A DNA stretch of 18,670 bases from a bacterium (GTDB lineage Bacteria > Hinthialibacterota > Hinthialibacteria > Hinthialibacterales > Hinthialibacteraceae). The translations under genes were made by a program, and so were the position numbers. The notes beneath the pieces are model-generated. The model made no database searches. It saw only the letters and a program-made list of their open reading frames with translations, and was not told the DNA's origin. Positions 7,518-15,457 of this stretch are shown here, one piece after another (position 1 is the stretch's first letter; the number at the start of each line of letters is the position of its first letter). Location: the NCBI GenBank assembly GCA_041946805.1, contig JBHGBC010000119.1:1-18670 (forward strand). Direction: 5' to 3'.

Positions 7518-8660
7518 CTACGGCGTCCCCGGCTTTGCCTGATTCATTTTCTGGATCGCCAGATTCAGGTTCCGCTCCACACCCGGGTCCCGGCTGCCGT
7601 TCTGGATCGCGGTTTGAAACGCCCGCACCGCCTCCGGGTATTTGTTTTGAAACAAATAGCAGACTCCTAAATTGTTATAGAGATCCGGATTCGCGGGATC
7701 GAGAGGGATGGCCTTCAGCAGATGATCCTGCGCCCGCGGGATGTTTTTCTGATTCAAATACAAGACCGCCAGCAGGCTGTGCGCCTGGGCGTTGGCGGGA
7801 TCCAACTCCACGCCGCGCTTCAGCGCCCCCATCGCGTTGGCGTAATTCTTCTGCCGGAGATACTCCTGCCCCAACGCCAGCCAATTCTCGGATTTGTTGG
7901 GTGTCCTCCGCGTCACCCGCTGCAATTCGATGATCTTGTTCCGGCCGTTCTTGAGTGTTTGATATTGCCGCAAGGCGGCTCGCGCTTCCGGCTTCTTTCC
8001 TAACTGCGAATACGCTTGCGCCAACAAACGGTGGGATTCCGGATCGGCGGGGTCGGACGCGGCGGCGTCTTGGCAATACTTCAATGCCGTCTCGGTTTGC
8101 GCGTCCTTCAAGGCGATTTTCCCCAGTCCCCGTAGCGCTGTCACGGACCGGGGATCGATCCGCCGCAGCTCCTCGAACACGGCGCGGGCCTCGTCGTACC
8201 GGTGCAGGGTGATGTACATCTCGCCCAGGCGGCCGCGCGCGCGGGTGGATTGGGGATCGGCCTGAATGGCCAACCGGTAATGCTGTTCCGCTCCCGCGAA
8301 ATCGTCCTTGAAATTCTGCAGATAGACGGCTAGCAGCGTGTGCCCTTCGGCATGTTCCGGAAATTGCGCCACCAGGTCGAGCAACACGGCATGAGCCTCA
8401 TCCAGTTTTTCCAGGCCGATGAGTTGCCGGGCGGCGGCGGCTTGCAGGTCGGGATCTTTCCCTTTTATCTCCAACGCTTTCTGAAACCACTCCAACGCTT
8501 CGGCGTACAAGAACCGGTTTTCCGCCTCCCGCGCCTTGGCGATGCATTCCTCCAACGAATCCGCGGGCGCGCTCTCGGCCCGCTCCGGAAGAGAAGACAT
8601 CCCCCCCGCCAGAAGAAGCCCCAGCGCGAACCATCCACAACCAAACCGTATGGAAACCAT
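7518..8660 (-). CDS. Exported tetratricopeptide repeat protein
   Basis: Signal peptide and repeated TPR motifs (AIQADP, GVELDPANAQAH, AIPLDPANPDLYNNLG). Same strand as, and upstream of, the ASPIC/UnbV gene, a common pairing. Confidence 0.92.
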   Translation of the reverse strand: MVSIRFGCGWFALGLLLAGGMSSLPERAESAPADSLEECIAKAREAENRFLYAEALEWFQKALEIKGKDPDLQAAAARQLIGLEKLDEAHAVLLDLVAQFPEHAEGHTLLAVYLQNFKDDFAGAEQHYRLAIQADPQSTRARGRLGEMYITLHRYDEARAVFEELRRIDPRSVTALRGLGKIALKDAQTETALKYCQDAAASDPADPESHRLLAQAYSQLGKKPEARAALRQYQTLKNGRNKIIELQRVTRRTPNKSENWLALGQEYLRQKNYANAMGALKRGVELDPANAQAHSLLAVLYLNQKNIPRAQDHLLKAIPLDPANPDLYNNLGVCYLFQNKYPEAVRAFQTAIQNGSRDPGVERNLNLAIQKMNQAKPGTP

Positions 8661-8898
8661 GACCTTCTCCCCAGGACGCGTTCCCCCGATTCTCCCCGAT
8701 GATGGAACGCGCTGTCAAGCATGTTTATCTGTTTCCTTCAGTCCCCGCCAGGATTGCATAATCGAATACAACCTTGTGCTTGACTTCCCGGATTTCACTC
8801 CCGGCTTCCCCCCATGCTCAGTTGGAACTATGACGGCGCGCGCGACGCCGGCCCCATCCCCGCCCGTCTGTCCCGGTGCAATTCAGATCCCTGTAAAA

Positions 8899-9002
8899 GC
8901 CCCGTAGGGGCGTTTTCTTGCTTTAGCCAGGGGTAAAACCCCTGGCACGGGATTGTGGCATCGAGGGGTAAAACCCCTGGCACCGAGGGGTAAAGCCCCT
9001 GG
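8899..9002 (+). repeat. Bipartite REP with three CCAGGGGT-AAA-ACCCCTGG-type hairpins
   Basis: GCCCC-GTA-GGGGC, 12 nt, TAG, then hairpins at 8927, 8962 and 8984. Confidence 0.85.
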
Positions 9003-9079
9003 ACGCTGGATCATATCTATGGAGATGCGGGATTGCTCTCCCTGGCCAATCTCTGGAACTCTCCTCTTTCTCCTTTTAC

Positions 9080-9108
9080 TTGCCAAATCGTTCTTCCCCA
9101 CGGATAAT
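9080..9108 (+). promoter_or_regulatory. Putative sigma70 promoter
   Basis: TTGCCA-17 bp-GATAAT, about 90 nt upstream of the ATG at 9198. Confidence 0.5.
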
Positions 9109-9197
9109 GGCTGCACGAACTGATCATCCCAAGCCTTGTTTCTCAAATCCTTGGGCTGGTTTGAGTCCAGCCGGAATCCCATTTTGAGGTTAATGTC

Positions 9198-9935
9198 ATG
9201 AGAAGCTGTCTCTATTTGTTGCTTTGGATCGCGTGCCTGTGCCCCTGCGCCTTTTCCCAAGGGGAAGCGGGATACATCGAAGCCGCGCCGGTCTTCGCCA
9301 ATATCACCGTGGACGGCAACGTATCCGATTGGGCGGGCATCCAACCGGCGTATGTCGATGACACCGGGGACAGCGCCGATTCCGAGTTCGATTACGCCGC
9401 CGCCTATCTCGCCAACAACAACCAGTATCTCTTCATCCGTATCACTTTCGCCGCGACCGTCCCCTACGGCGATGCCGGATACCGGACCAACATTGTGTTC
9501 AACACCGACCTGGACCGCGCCACCGGCTATGGCTTCGCCGGATTGACCGGCTCCGAGTTCTTCATCCAGTCCGGGGGTGTTTTCGACCAGCGCTCGGGCC
9601 AGAACTGGGTCGATGTGGCGGAGCAAACCGCGGAAAACAACTACGGCGCGTTCGCCTTCGCCGACGTCGCTCCCTTTGACAACACCACGGATGTGGAAAT
9701 CCGCCTGCGCCGGGACCTGACCTTCAGCAATGACGCCAACGGCATGCCGGGACTACTCAATCCCGACAATGCCCCTCTTTTCGAGTATCCGGATTTCATG
9801 ATTCTCTTCGAGGCGGAAAATCCCGATTTCACGGGCGTGGAATTCATGCCCAACGCGGATCCCTCGGGTGGTGAAACGGGCATCTATTACAAATTCGCCG
9901 AAGGCACGCCGGTGGAATCATGGTCGTTGTATTGA
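9198..9935 (+). CDS. Secreted acidic protein with a DOMON/CBM9-like domain
   Basis: Signal peptide (AFS/Q). ITVDGNVSDW...DTGD...YLANNNQYLFIRITF pattern resembles DOMON/CBM9-like domains. C-terminus TPVESWSLY. GAGG RBS. Confidence 0.8.
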   Translation: MRSCLYLLLWIACLCPCAFSQGEAGYIEAAPVFANITVDGNVSDWAGIQPAYVDDTGDSADSEFDYAAAYLANNNQYLFIRITFAATVPYGDAGYRTNIVFNTDLDRATGYGFAGLTGSEFFIQSGGVFDQRSGQNWVDVAEQTAENNYGAFAFADVAPFDNTTDVEIRLRRDLTFSNDANGMPGLLNPDNAPLFEYPDFMILFEAENPDFTGVEFMPNADPSGGETGIYYKFAEGTPVESWSLY

Positions 9936-9963
9936 TCCCACGCGCCCGGCTCAGGACGTGAGT

Positions 9964-11331
9964 ATGAAAACGGCCACGGCTTTCTTCCCATGGCTCTTGA
10001 TGTGGATTGGGCTGTCTCCGGCTCCCGCCTTTTCGGAAATCCGCGAGATCCAATACGCCGAAAAAACCGAGGCCTTCGCCAATCCCCTGAAAGGCTGGGT
10101 GGTGTGGGGCGAAGATCCCATCCCCTTGCCGCAGCCCTGCACCCTCTTCTTCTCCTACCGCAGCTGGCGGGATCTCGAACCCGTCGAAGGGCAGTATCAG
10201 TTCGAAGCCTGGGAATCGGACGTGTGGGATTATTGGGTCCGGCGGGGCATGAAGGCGGTCTTCCGCGTGTATCTGGATTACCCCGGCCGCCCTATCGGCG
10301 TTCCTCAATGGCTCCTGGACGCCGGTGTCAAAATCACCCAATACGAGGAATACGGCGGCGGCTGGTCGCCCGATTACGAGAATCCCCTCCTGATGGAGAA
10401 AGTCATACGGCTGATCGCCCGGCTGGGGGAACGTTACGACTCCGATCCCCGTGTTGCGTTTCTGGACGTGGGCATCCTGGGACACTGGGGCGAATGGCAT
10501 ACCTACCCGCGCGATGAACTGTTCGCCTCCGTCCGCAAGCAACAGGATGTGATGAACGCCTTTCTCGCGGCGTTCCCCACCAAGAAGATGATGCTGCGCT
10601 ACCCCACGAGCTGGTCGGCCCAGCGGCCGTTCGGATACCACGACGATTGCTTTTTAACCGACACCGACGGCCCGGAAGAATGGAAATTTTTCAGCCAGAT
10701 CCGCTCCGCCCGCGCGGGATCGGTCTGGACCACCCAACCTTTCGGCGGCGAATTCTGCGGGGGAAGCGAGGGGGCGTACGATGGGACGCTCGAACAACCC
10801 GAGGAATGCCTGCGCTTGATCCGCGAGGGCCACTTCTCGCACCTGGGACCGGCGGGGGGAGACATCGAAACCCAAGACGCCGATCACCAGCGCAACGTGG
10901 ACCGGATGCTGAACAGCATGGGCTACCGCTACGTCCTCCGGCAGGCCGCACTTCCCGATCCGGTATCTTCCGGCCAACCGGTTGATTTTTCTTTCACTCT
11001 CGAAAACACCGGCTCCGCGCCCTTTTACTACCCCTGGCCGTTGCTGGCAGTGTGGCTGAACGGATTAGATAAGGAAATATCGGCCACGGATACGAGTATC
11101 GATATCCGGAAATGGCTGCCCGGTCAGCATACGGTGCACATATCACTTCCCGCGCCGGATGTCCCTGACGATACCCTCCTGCAACTCGCCCTTCGGATTC
11201 CCGACCCCGGCAACCAGGGGCCGCCCGTCCGGTTCGCCAACACGGGCAAGGAAATCCAGGGGGCGTTCGTGCTGGGAACCATCCGCGTCGTGGAAACCAC
11301 CGCCGTTTCCCGGTGGGCGGAGCAGGAATAG
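9964..11331 (+). CDS. Secreted putative glycoside hydrolase (clan GH-A-like, DUF4874/DUF4832-type)
   Basis: Signal peptide from M at 9964. Motifs NPLKGW, WRDLEPVEGQYQF, RYDSDPRVAF, GILGHWGEWH, GGEF, MGYRYVL, ENTGSAPFYYPW, IDIRKWLPG. Confidence 0.85.
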   Translation: MKTATAFFPWLLMWIGLSPAPAFSEIREIQYAEKTEAFANPLKGWVVWGEDPIPLPQPCTLFFSYRSWRDLEPVEGQYQFEAWESDVWDYWVRRGMKAVFRVYLDYPGRPIGVPQWLLDAGVKITQYEEYGGGWSPDYENPLLMEKVIRLIARLGERYDSDPRVAFLDVGILGHWGEWHTYPRDELFASVRKQQDVMNAFLAAFPTKKMMLRYPTSWSAQRPFGYHDDCFLTDTDGPEEWKFFSQIRSARAGSVWTTQPFGGEFCGGSEGAYDGTLEQPEECLRLIREGHFSHLGPAGGDIETQDADHQRNVDRMLNSMGYRYVLRQAALPDPVSSGQPVDFSFTLENTGSAPFYYPWPLLAVWLNGLDKEISATDTSIDIRKWLPGQHTVHISLPAPDVPDDTLLQLALRIPDPGNQGPPVRFANTGKEIQGAFVLGTIRVVETTAVSRWAEQE

Positions 11332-11412
11332 TCTCGTTTCGGTGTGTGAACGCCTAAAATCTGTTTTGATTTCGCGGCCAATTCACTACCGGAATGCGGT
11401 GCTGTTTTTCAA

Positions 11413-11456
11413 GCGCCGTCGGCGCGCAAGAAGCTGGCCCAGGGCAACGCCCTGGG
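11413..11456 (+). repeat. Bipartite REP variant
   Basis: GCGCC-GTC-GGCGC, 9 nt, TGG, CCCAGGGC-AAC-GCCCTGGG, between convergent genes. Confidence 0.7.
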
Positions 11457-11480
11457 GAAAAAAACTCGAGAGAACCCAGT

Positions 11481-12104
11481 TTATTCAATCCGGGCCCCCG
11501 GAACGAACACCGCGAGGTCGCCGATGCTTTTGAGCCCGTTGGTGGCGTCGTACCGTAGCGTGTAATCATCCCCGTTGGGCGCGCCCGTCCACAATCCCAG
11601 CGTGCCGGCGTTCGGACCGAACGATTTGACGTATGCCCGGGCGGGACATCCCTGCTGTGTCGAAAGCGACATGGCTTGGTCGCGCATGGCGAAGGGCGGA
11701 AAATACGCCCAATAATCCCCGCATACCGCCGTACCGTTCCCGCGCTCTCCCTTGGGGATCATGAGATACCGGTACCACGTCCACTTGTTGGCGGCTTCCG
11801 GCTGGCCGCTGTCTTTCTGGTACGGCGGGGGAAACACATCGCTGGGTATGCTGGTCAAATAGGCCACCGGCGTGGTCAGCAGGTGGAGAAAGCCGAAGGG
11901 GGGATAATCGTTCCGGTCCAGGTTGTACTGATCCAGGGCGATGCCGATGGAACGCAAATCCGATTTGCACCGGGCGATCTTCGCCCGGATCTGCGCGTTC
12001 AAAAAGTTGGGCACCGCGATGGCCGCCAGAATGCCGATTATCGCCACCACGATCAACAACTCGATCAACGTGAATCCCCTTGTTCGTCGGATCAATCGTG
12101 ACAT
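11481..12104 (-). CDS. Prepilin-type N-terminal cleavage/methylation domain protein, paralog 2
   Basis: RRTRG/FTLIELLIVVAIIGILAAIAVPNFLNAQIRAKIAR, LTTPVAY, and C-terminal YDATNGLKSIGDL. GGAGAGG RBS. Confidence 0.92.
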   Translation of the reverse strand: MSRLIRRTRGFTLIELLIVVAIIGILAAIAVPNFLNAQIRAKIARCKSDLRSIGIALDQYNLDRNDYPPFGFLHLLTTPVAYLTSIPSDVFPPPYQKDSGQPEAANKWTWYRYLMIPKGERGNGTAVCGDYWAYFPPFAMRDQAMSLSTQQGCPARAYVKSFGPNAGTLGLWTGAPNGDDYTLRYDATNGLKSIGDLAVFVPGARIE

Positions 12105-12285
12105 CTTCCTCTCCCTGATCTACGTGTTAGCCGGTAGTAACCACCGGTCAGCAATCCTGCTACATGGAACTGTTCGCGGACATCCCGATCCAATCAGCCT
12201 CTGCCACCGTGAATTATGCATATGTATATTGGGTATTTTCAGGTACAAAATCGGTGCCTGTCAAGGATGGAGAATGCGTCGATTT

Positions 12286-12512
12286 TCTATCTCTCCGGGA
12301 GAAGGCCGGGGTAAGGGAAAACAGCCCCGCAGGGGCGTTTACCTGCTTTAGCCAGGGGTAAAACCCCTGGCGTTGGAGTATGGCGCCCAGGGGTAAAACC
12401 CCTGGCGTTGGAGTATGGCGCCCAGGAGTAAAACTCCTGGCGCCGGGATTTGGAAGCCAAGGGTAGAATCCCTGGAAGAGACCGCCAACAGCAGCCCAGG
12501 GTTTCAACCCGG
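12286..12512 (+). repeat. Composite REP with a 35-nt-period hairpin array
   Basis: Degenerate GGGAGAAGGCCGGGGTAAGGG unit, GCCCC-GCA-GGGGC, TAG, hairpins at 12352, 12387, 12422 and 12457, and a CCCAGGGTTTCAACCC variant at 12495. Confidence 0.88.
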
Positions 12513-12567
12513 ATTCAATCTGTGTAATAGTCTTCCCCTGGTCAAATAAAAATGATAGGAGATGAAA

Positions 12568-13686
12568 ATGCCAATCCACATGTCAAAGCGGGTTTGTTTG
12601 TCCATCCTGGTTTGTCTATGGATTCCCCCGGTTCCCGGCGGGGATGCCCAGGACGTTTCGAAGGATCCCTTCCGCCTGGTGGTCTGCCCCGCCTCGCCGG
12701 ACAATCCCCGCAACAGCGAGGCCGATATCGTGGAACTCAAGGACGGGACGCTGCTGCTGGCCTGGAGCCGGTTCCGCGGCGGCGAGGACGACGCCACGGC
12801 GGTGATCGCCGCCAAAAAAAGCCGGGACGGCGGCCGTACCTGGGGCGATGAATTCATCCTGCAGGAGAATTTCGCCAAACAAAACGTCATGAGCGTTTCG
12901 CTTCTCCGCCTGGCCTCGGGAAAGATCCTCTTCTTCTTTCTCGCGAAAAACGGTCCCGACGATCTGCACCTCTATGTCCGCGCCTCCACGGACGAAGCCC
13001 AAACCTGGTCGGACCCGCTGAAGGTCACGCAAGGGCCCGGCTACCACATCATGAACAACGCCCGCGCCATTCAACTGCGTTCCGGCCGGATCCTTTGCCC
13101 CATCGCCTGGTCTCCGAATATCGCCACCCAGTACCAGAAACAGGATTGTTTTTGCTACTATTCGGATGATGAAGGCGCCACGTGGAAAAAATCCTCCTCC
13201 ACCGTCACGCTCGGCTCCTCCCCGGCCATGGAACCCGGCCTGGTGGAACTGAAAGACGGAACCGTAATGATGATCATCCGCACCGCCCTGGATCGCATCT
13301 ACCAGGCGTTCAGTTCCGGACGCGGCGATACGTGGGGGCCACCGGAAGCGTCGTCCCTCACCGCCCCCGCCGCCCCCTCGACCATCTCCCGGATTCCCGC
13401 CACCGGAGACCTGCTGATGGTTTGGAACAACAATCCCTTGGGAAACAAGGCCGGATGGCAAGGCCGCACGCCTCTGACCACCGCTGTCAGCACGGACGAA
13501 GGGAAAACGTGGAAGCATATCCGGAACATCGAGGACGATCCCAATTCCGGTTCCGCCTACACCAGCGTGACCTGGGTGGACAAGCGGGCGCTGCTCACCT
13601 ATTACCATTGGAAAAAGGGAAATCCCAACTTCGAAAACACGAGCTTGGTGCTGCAATCACTCCCCCTCTCGGCATTGTATCCCTGA
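12568..13686 (+). CDS. Secreted BNR/Asp-box beta-propeller protein (sialidase-like family)
   Basis: Five Asp boxes (SRDGGRTW, STDEAQTW, SDDEGATW, SSGRGDTW, STDEGKTW), plus MEPG, RTPL and AYTS. AGGAG 6 nt upstream of ATG 12568 (alternative start 12562). Confidence 0.9.
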   Translation: MPIHMSKRVCLSILVCLWIPPVPGGDAQDVSKDPFRLVVCPASPDNPRNSEADIVELKDGTLLLAWSRFRGGEDDATAVIAAKKSRDGGRTWGDEFILQENFAKQNVMSVSLLRLASGKILFFFLAKNGPDDLHLYVRASTDEAQTWSDPLKVTQGPGYHIMNNARAIQLRSGRILCPIAWSPNIATQYQKQDCFCYYSDDEGATWKKSSSTVTLGSSPAMEPGLVELKDGTVMMIIRTALDRIYQAFSSGRGDTWGPPEASSLTAPAAPSTISRIPATGDLLMVWNNNPLGNKAGWQGRTPLTTAVSTDEGKTWKHIRNIEDDPNSGSAYTSVTWVDKRALLTYYHWKKGNPNFENTSLVLQSLPLSALYP

Positions 13687-13729
13687 GACGCGGCTTGACG
13701 CCCGGTTCGGCCTCCCTGGCTCATGGCAT

Positions 13730-13763
13730 AAACAAAGGCCGGGGGACATCGCTCCTTCCGGCC
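13730..13763 (-). terminator. Putative intrinsic terminator downstream of the cold-shock gene
   Basis: Minus strand GGCCGGAAGGA-GCGATG-TCCCCCGGCC-TTTGTTT. Confidence 0.55.
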
Positions 13764-13876
13764 TCTCCTGGATTCAACTTCAGGAATTGATATAACAACC
13801 TGGGCACCGATACTCGGGTTAATTCGGATCCAATCTTCTGGCAGGGAAACCACAAACGAACGCTTATGGGATTGGC

Positions 13877-14080
13877 TTAATCGATCTTCTTGACTCCCAC
13901 GGCCTTGAGCCCCTTGGCGTCTTCTTGAATGTCAAACTCGACTTGATCGTTTTCATGAAGAGTTTTGAACCCATCCCCCACGATGCCGGTATAATGGACA
14001 AAAATATCCTTGCCACCCTCTTGTTCAATAAACCCATATCCCTTCTGCTCATTAAACCATTTGACTCGGCCTAAAGACAC
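13877..14080 (-). CDS. Cold-shock domain protein (CspA family), 67 aa
   Basis: [15 protein letters not shown] (RNP1), DIFVHY (RNP2), GFKTL. GTG at 14080 with AAAGGAG RBS. Confidence 0.95.
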   Translation of the reverse strand: MSLGRVKWFNEQKGYGFIEQEGGKDIFVHYTGIVGDGFKTLHENDQVEFDIQEDAKGLKAVGVKKID

Positions 14081-14590
14081 TTCGTTGTTCTCCTTTCGTT
14101 GTTCCCACCATACGGTCTTGCTTGCGGTATATCCCCGTCTCGTACAAAGCGCGGTCCCTGCCTCCGTCTTCGGGAGAATCGTCTCGATATACCGAATCCA
14201 TTTATCCGTTCGCAAAAATAATATGGGGATTCCAACCAATTATGAAGCCATATCATCGAAATGTGACAATGGAATATTTTTGGCTCATCCGGCCTGTGTG
14301 GGCTTTTTTTCCGATGCCTGTCCGGCCCCCCATCGCCATGATCGAATGGATCCACTCTCACAACCCTTCTCCCTCCGGCGGAAAATCCGGCTGAGAAAAA
14401 TCCGGCCAGGGCGAATTCGGTCCACCAGGGCAACGCCCCTGGGATGCCCCCGAAGTCATCCGCTCTGGCCATCGATCCGCCGGTTCCGTATGGCCTTTTT
14501 TTCCATCTTCCCTATCCGAATCCGAAATCTTTGTGAGAAAATATCTTTCATTCAATTAATCGCTCTGGCAGCCGTTACGGGAACGAATAC

Positions 14591-15406
14591 ATGGACGAGA
14601 TTCTGGAAAAAGCGGTCGAGGCACGGGGCATCCCGCGGATTCGGCGTCATATCTTTTTGTGCTGCGACCAGACCAAGCCCCAATGCTGCGAAAAAGAAGC
14701 GGGATTGGAATCCTGGAATTATCTGAAAAAGCGTCTGGACGAACTGCGGCTGACGGGGGAAGGCGGTATCTACCGGACCAAGGCCAATTGCCTCCGCATC
14801 TGCGTGCGCGGCCCGGTTGCCGTCGTCTACCCCGAGGGAACCTGGTATCATTCCTGCACTCCCGCCGTGCTGGAAAGGATCATTCAAGAACATCTCATCG
14901 GCGGCCGCCCCGTGCTGGATTATCTCATCACGCAACATCCCTTGCGCTTGCCCAACCGGTTCACCATGACGCCCGACCGCCTCATCCGGAACTTCGCCCT
15001 TCTCGATGAATGGGAAGAACGCTACCGGTTCATTATCGACCTGGGACGCCAACTGCCCGCCATGCCGGAAGAGCTGAAAACCGAGGAAAACCGCGTGCAT
15101 GGCTGCATCAGCCGGGTTTGGATGGTCTCCAAAATCGCCGCCACCGTTCCACCCCGCCTTGATTTCCTGGCCGACAGCGACGCCCAGATCGTCAAGGGCC
15201 TGATCGCCATTCTCATCATCATCTACGCCAATCGGACTCCCCAGGAAATTCTGGAAACGGACATCCAGGAGATCTTCGAACGCCTCGGCCTCGAACAACA
15301 ACTCAGCCCCAACCGCCGCAATGGATTTTTCGCCATTGTCAAACGCATCAAGGCGCTGGCGGAAAGCCAAACCCCCAGCGCGCGGGAAAAAACAGCCGTG
15401 GATTGA
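14591..15406 (+). CDS. Thioredoxin-like [2Fe-2S] ferredoxin fused to SufE
   Basis: N-domain RHIFLCC...CC...[21 protein letters not shown]...IIQEHL.GG.PV. C-domain [14 protein letters not shown]...NRVHGC.S.VW...[11 protein letters not shown]...LSPNRRNG. Single uninterrupted frame. Confidence 0.9.
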   Translation: MDEILEKAVEARGIPRIRRHIFLCCDQTKPQCCEKEAGLESWNYLKKRLDELRLTGEGGIYRTKANCLRICVRGPVAVVYPEGTWYHSCTPAVLERIIQEHLIGGRPVLDYLITQHPLRLPNRFTMTPDRLIRNFALLDEWEERYRFIIDLGRQLPAMPEELKTEENRVHGCISRVWMVSKIAATVPPRLDFLADSDAQIVKGLIAILIIIYANRTPQEILETDIQEIFERLGLEQQLSPNRRNGFFAIVKRIKALAESQTPSAREKTAVD

Positions 15407-15457
15407 GAAATCCGGTGGGAGTGCCGGTTGGCAAAAGGGGGCGGGAGTGACGTGTAA

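Noticed and set aside
12352..12512. CRISPR array
   Set aside because: Repeats are only 19 nt and spacers 16 nt. Two spacers are identical and others resemble linkers at other loci. No cas genes are present and the same palindrome is dispersed as a REP.
13765..13876. Small RNA (for example 6S) between the csp stop and the terminator
   Set aside because: Only short weak hairpins and no recognisable family features. Cannot be supported without an Rfam search.
14081..14239. N-terminal extension of the cold-shock protein (120-aa ORF)
   Set aside because: A strong RBS precedes the GTG at 14080, giving a standard 67-aa Csp.
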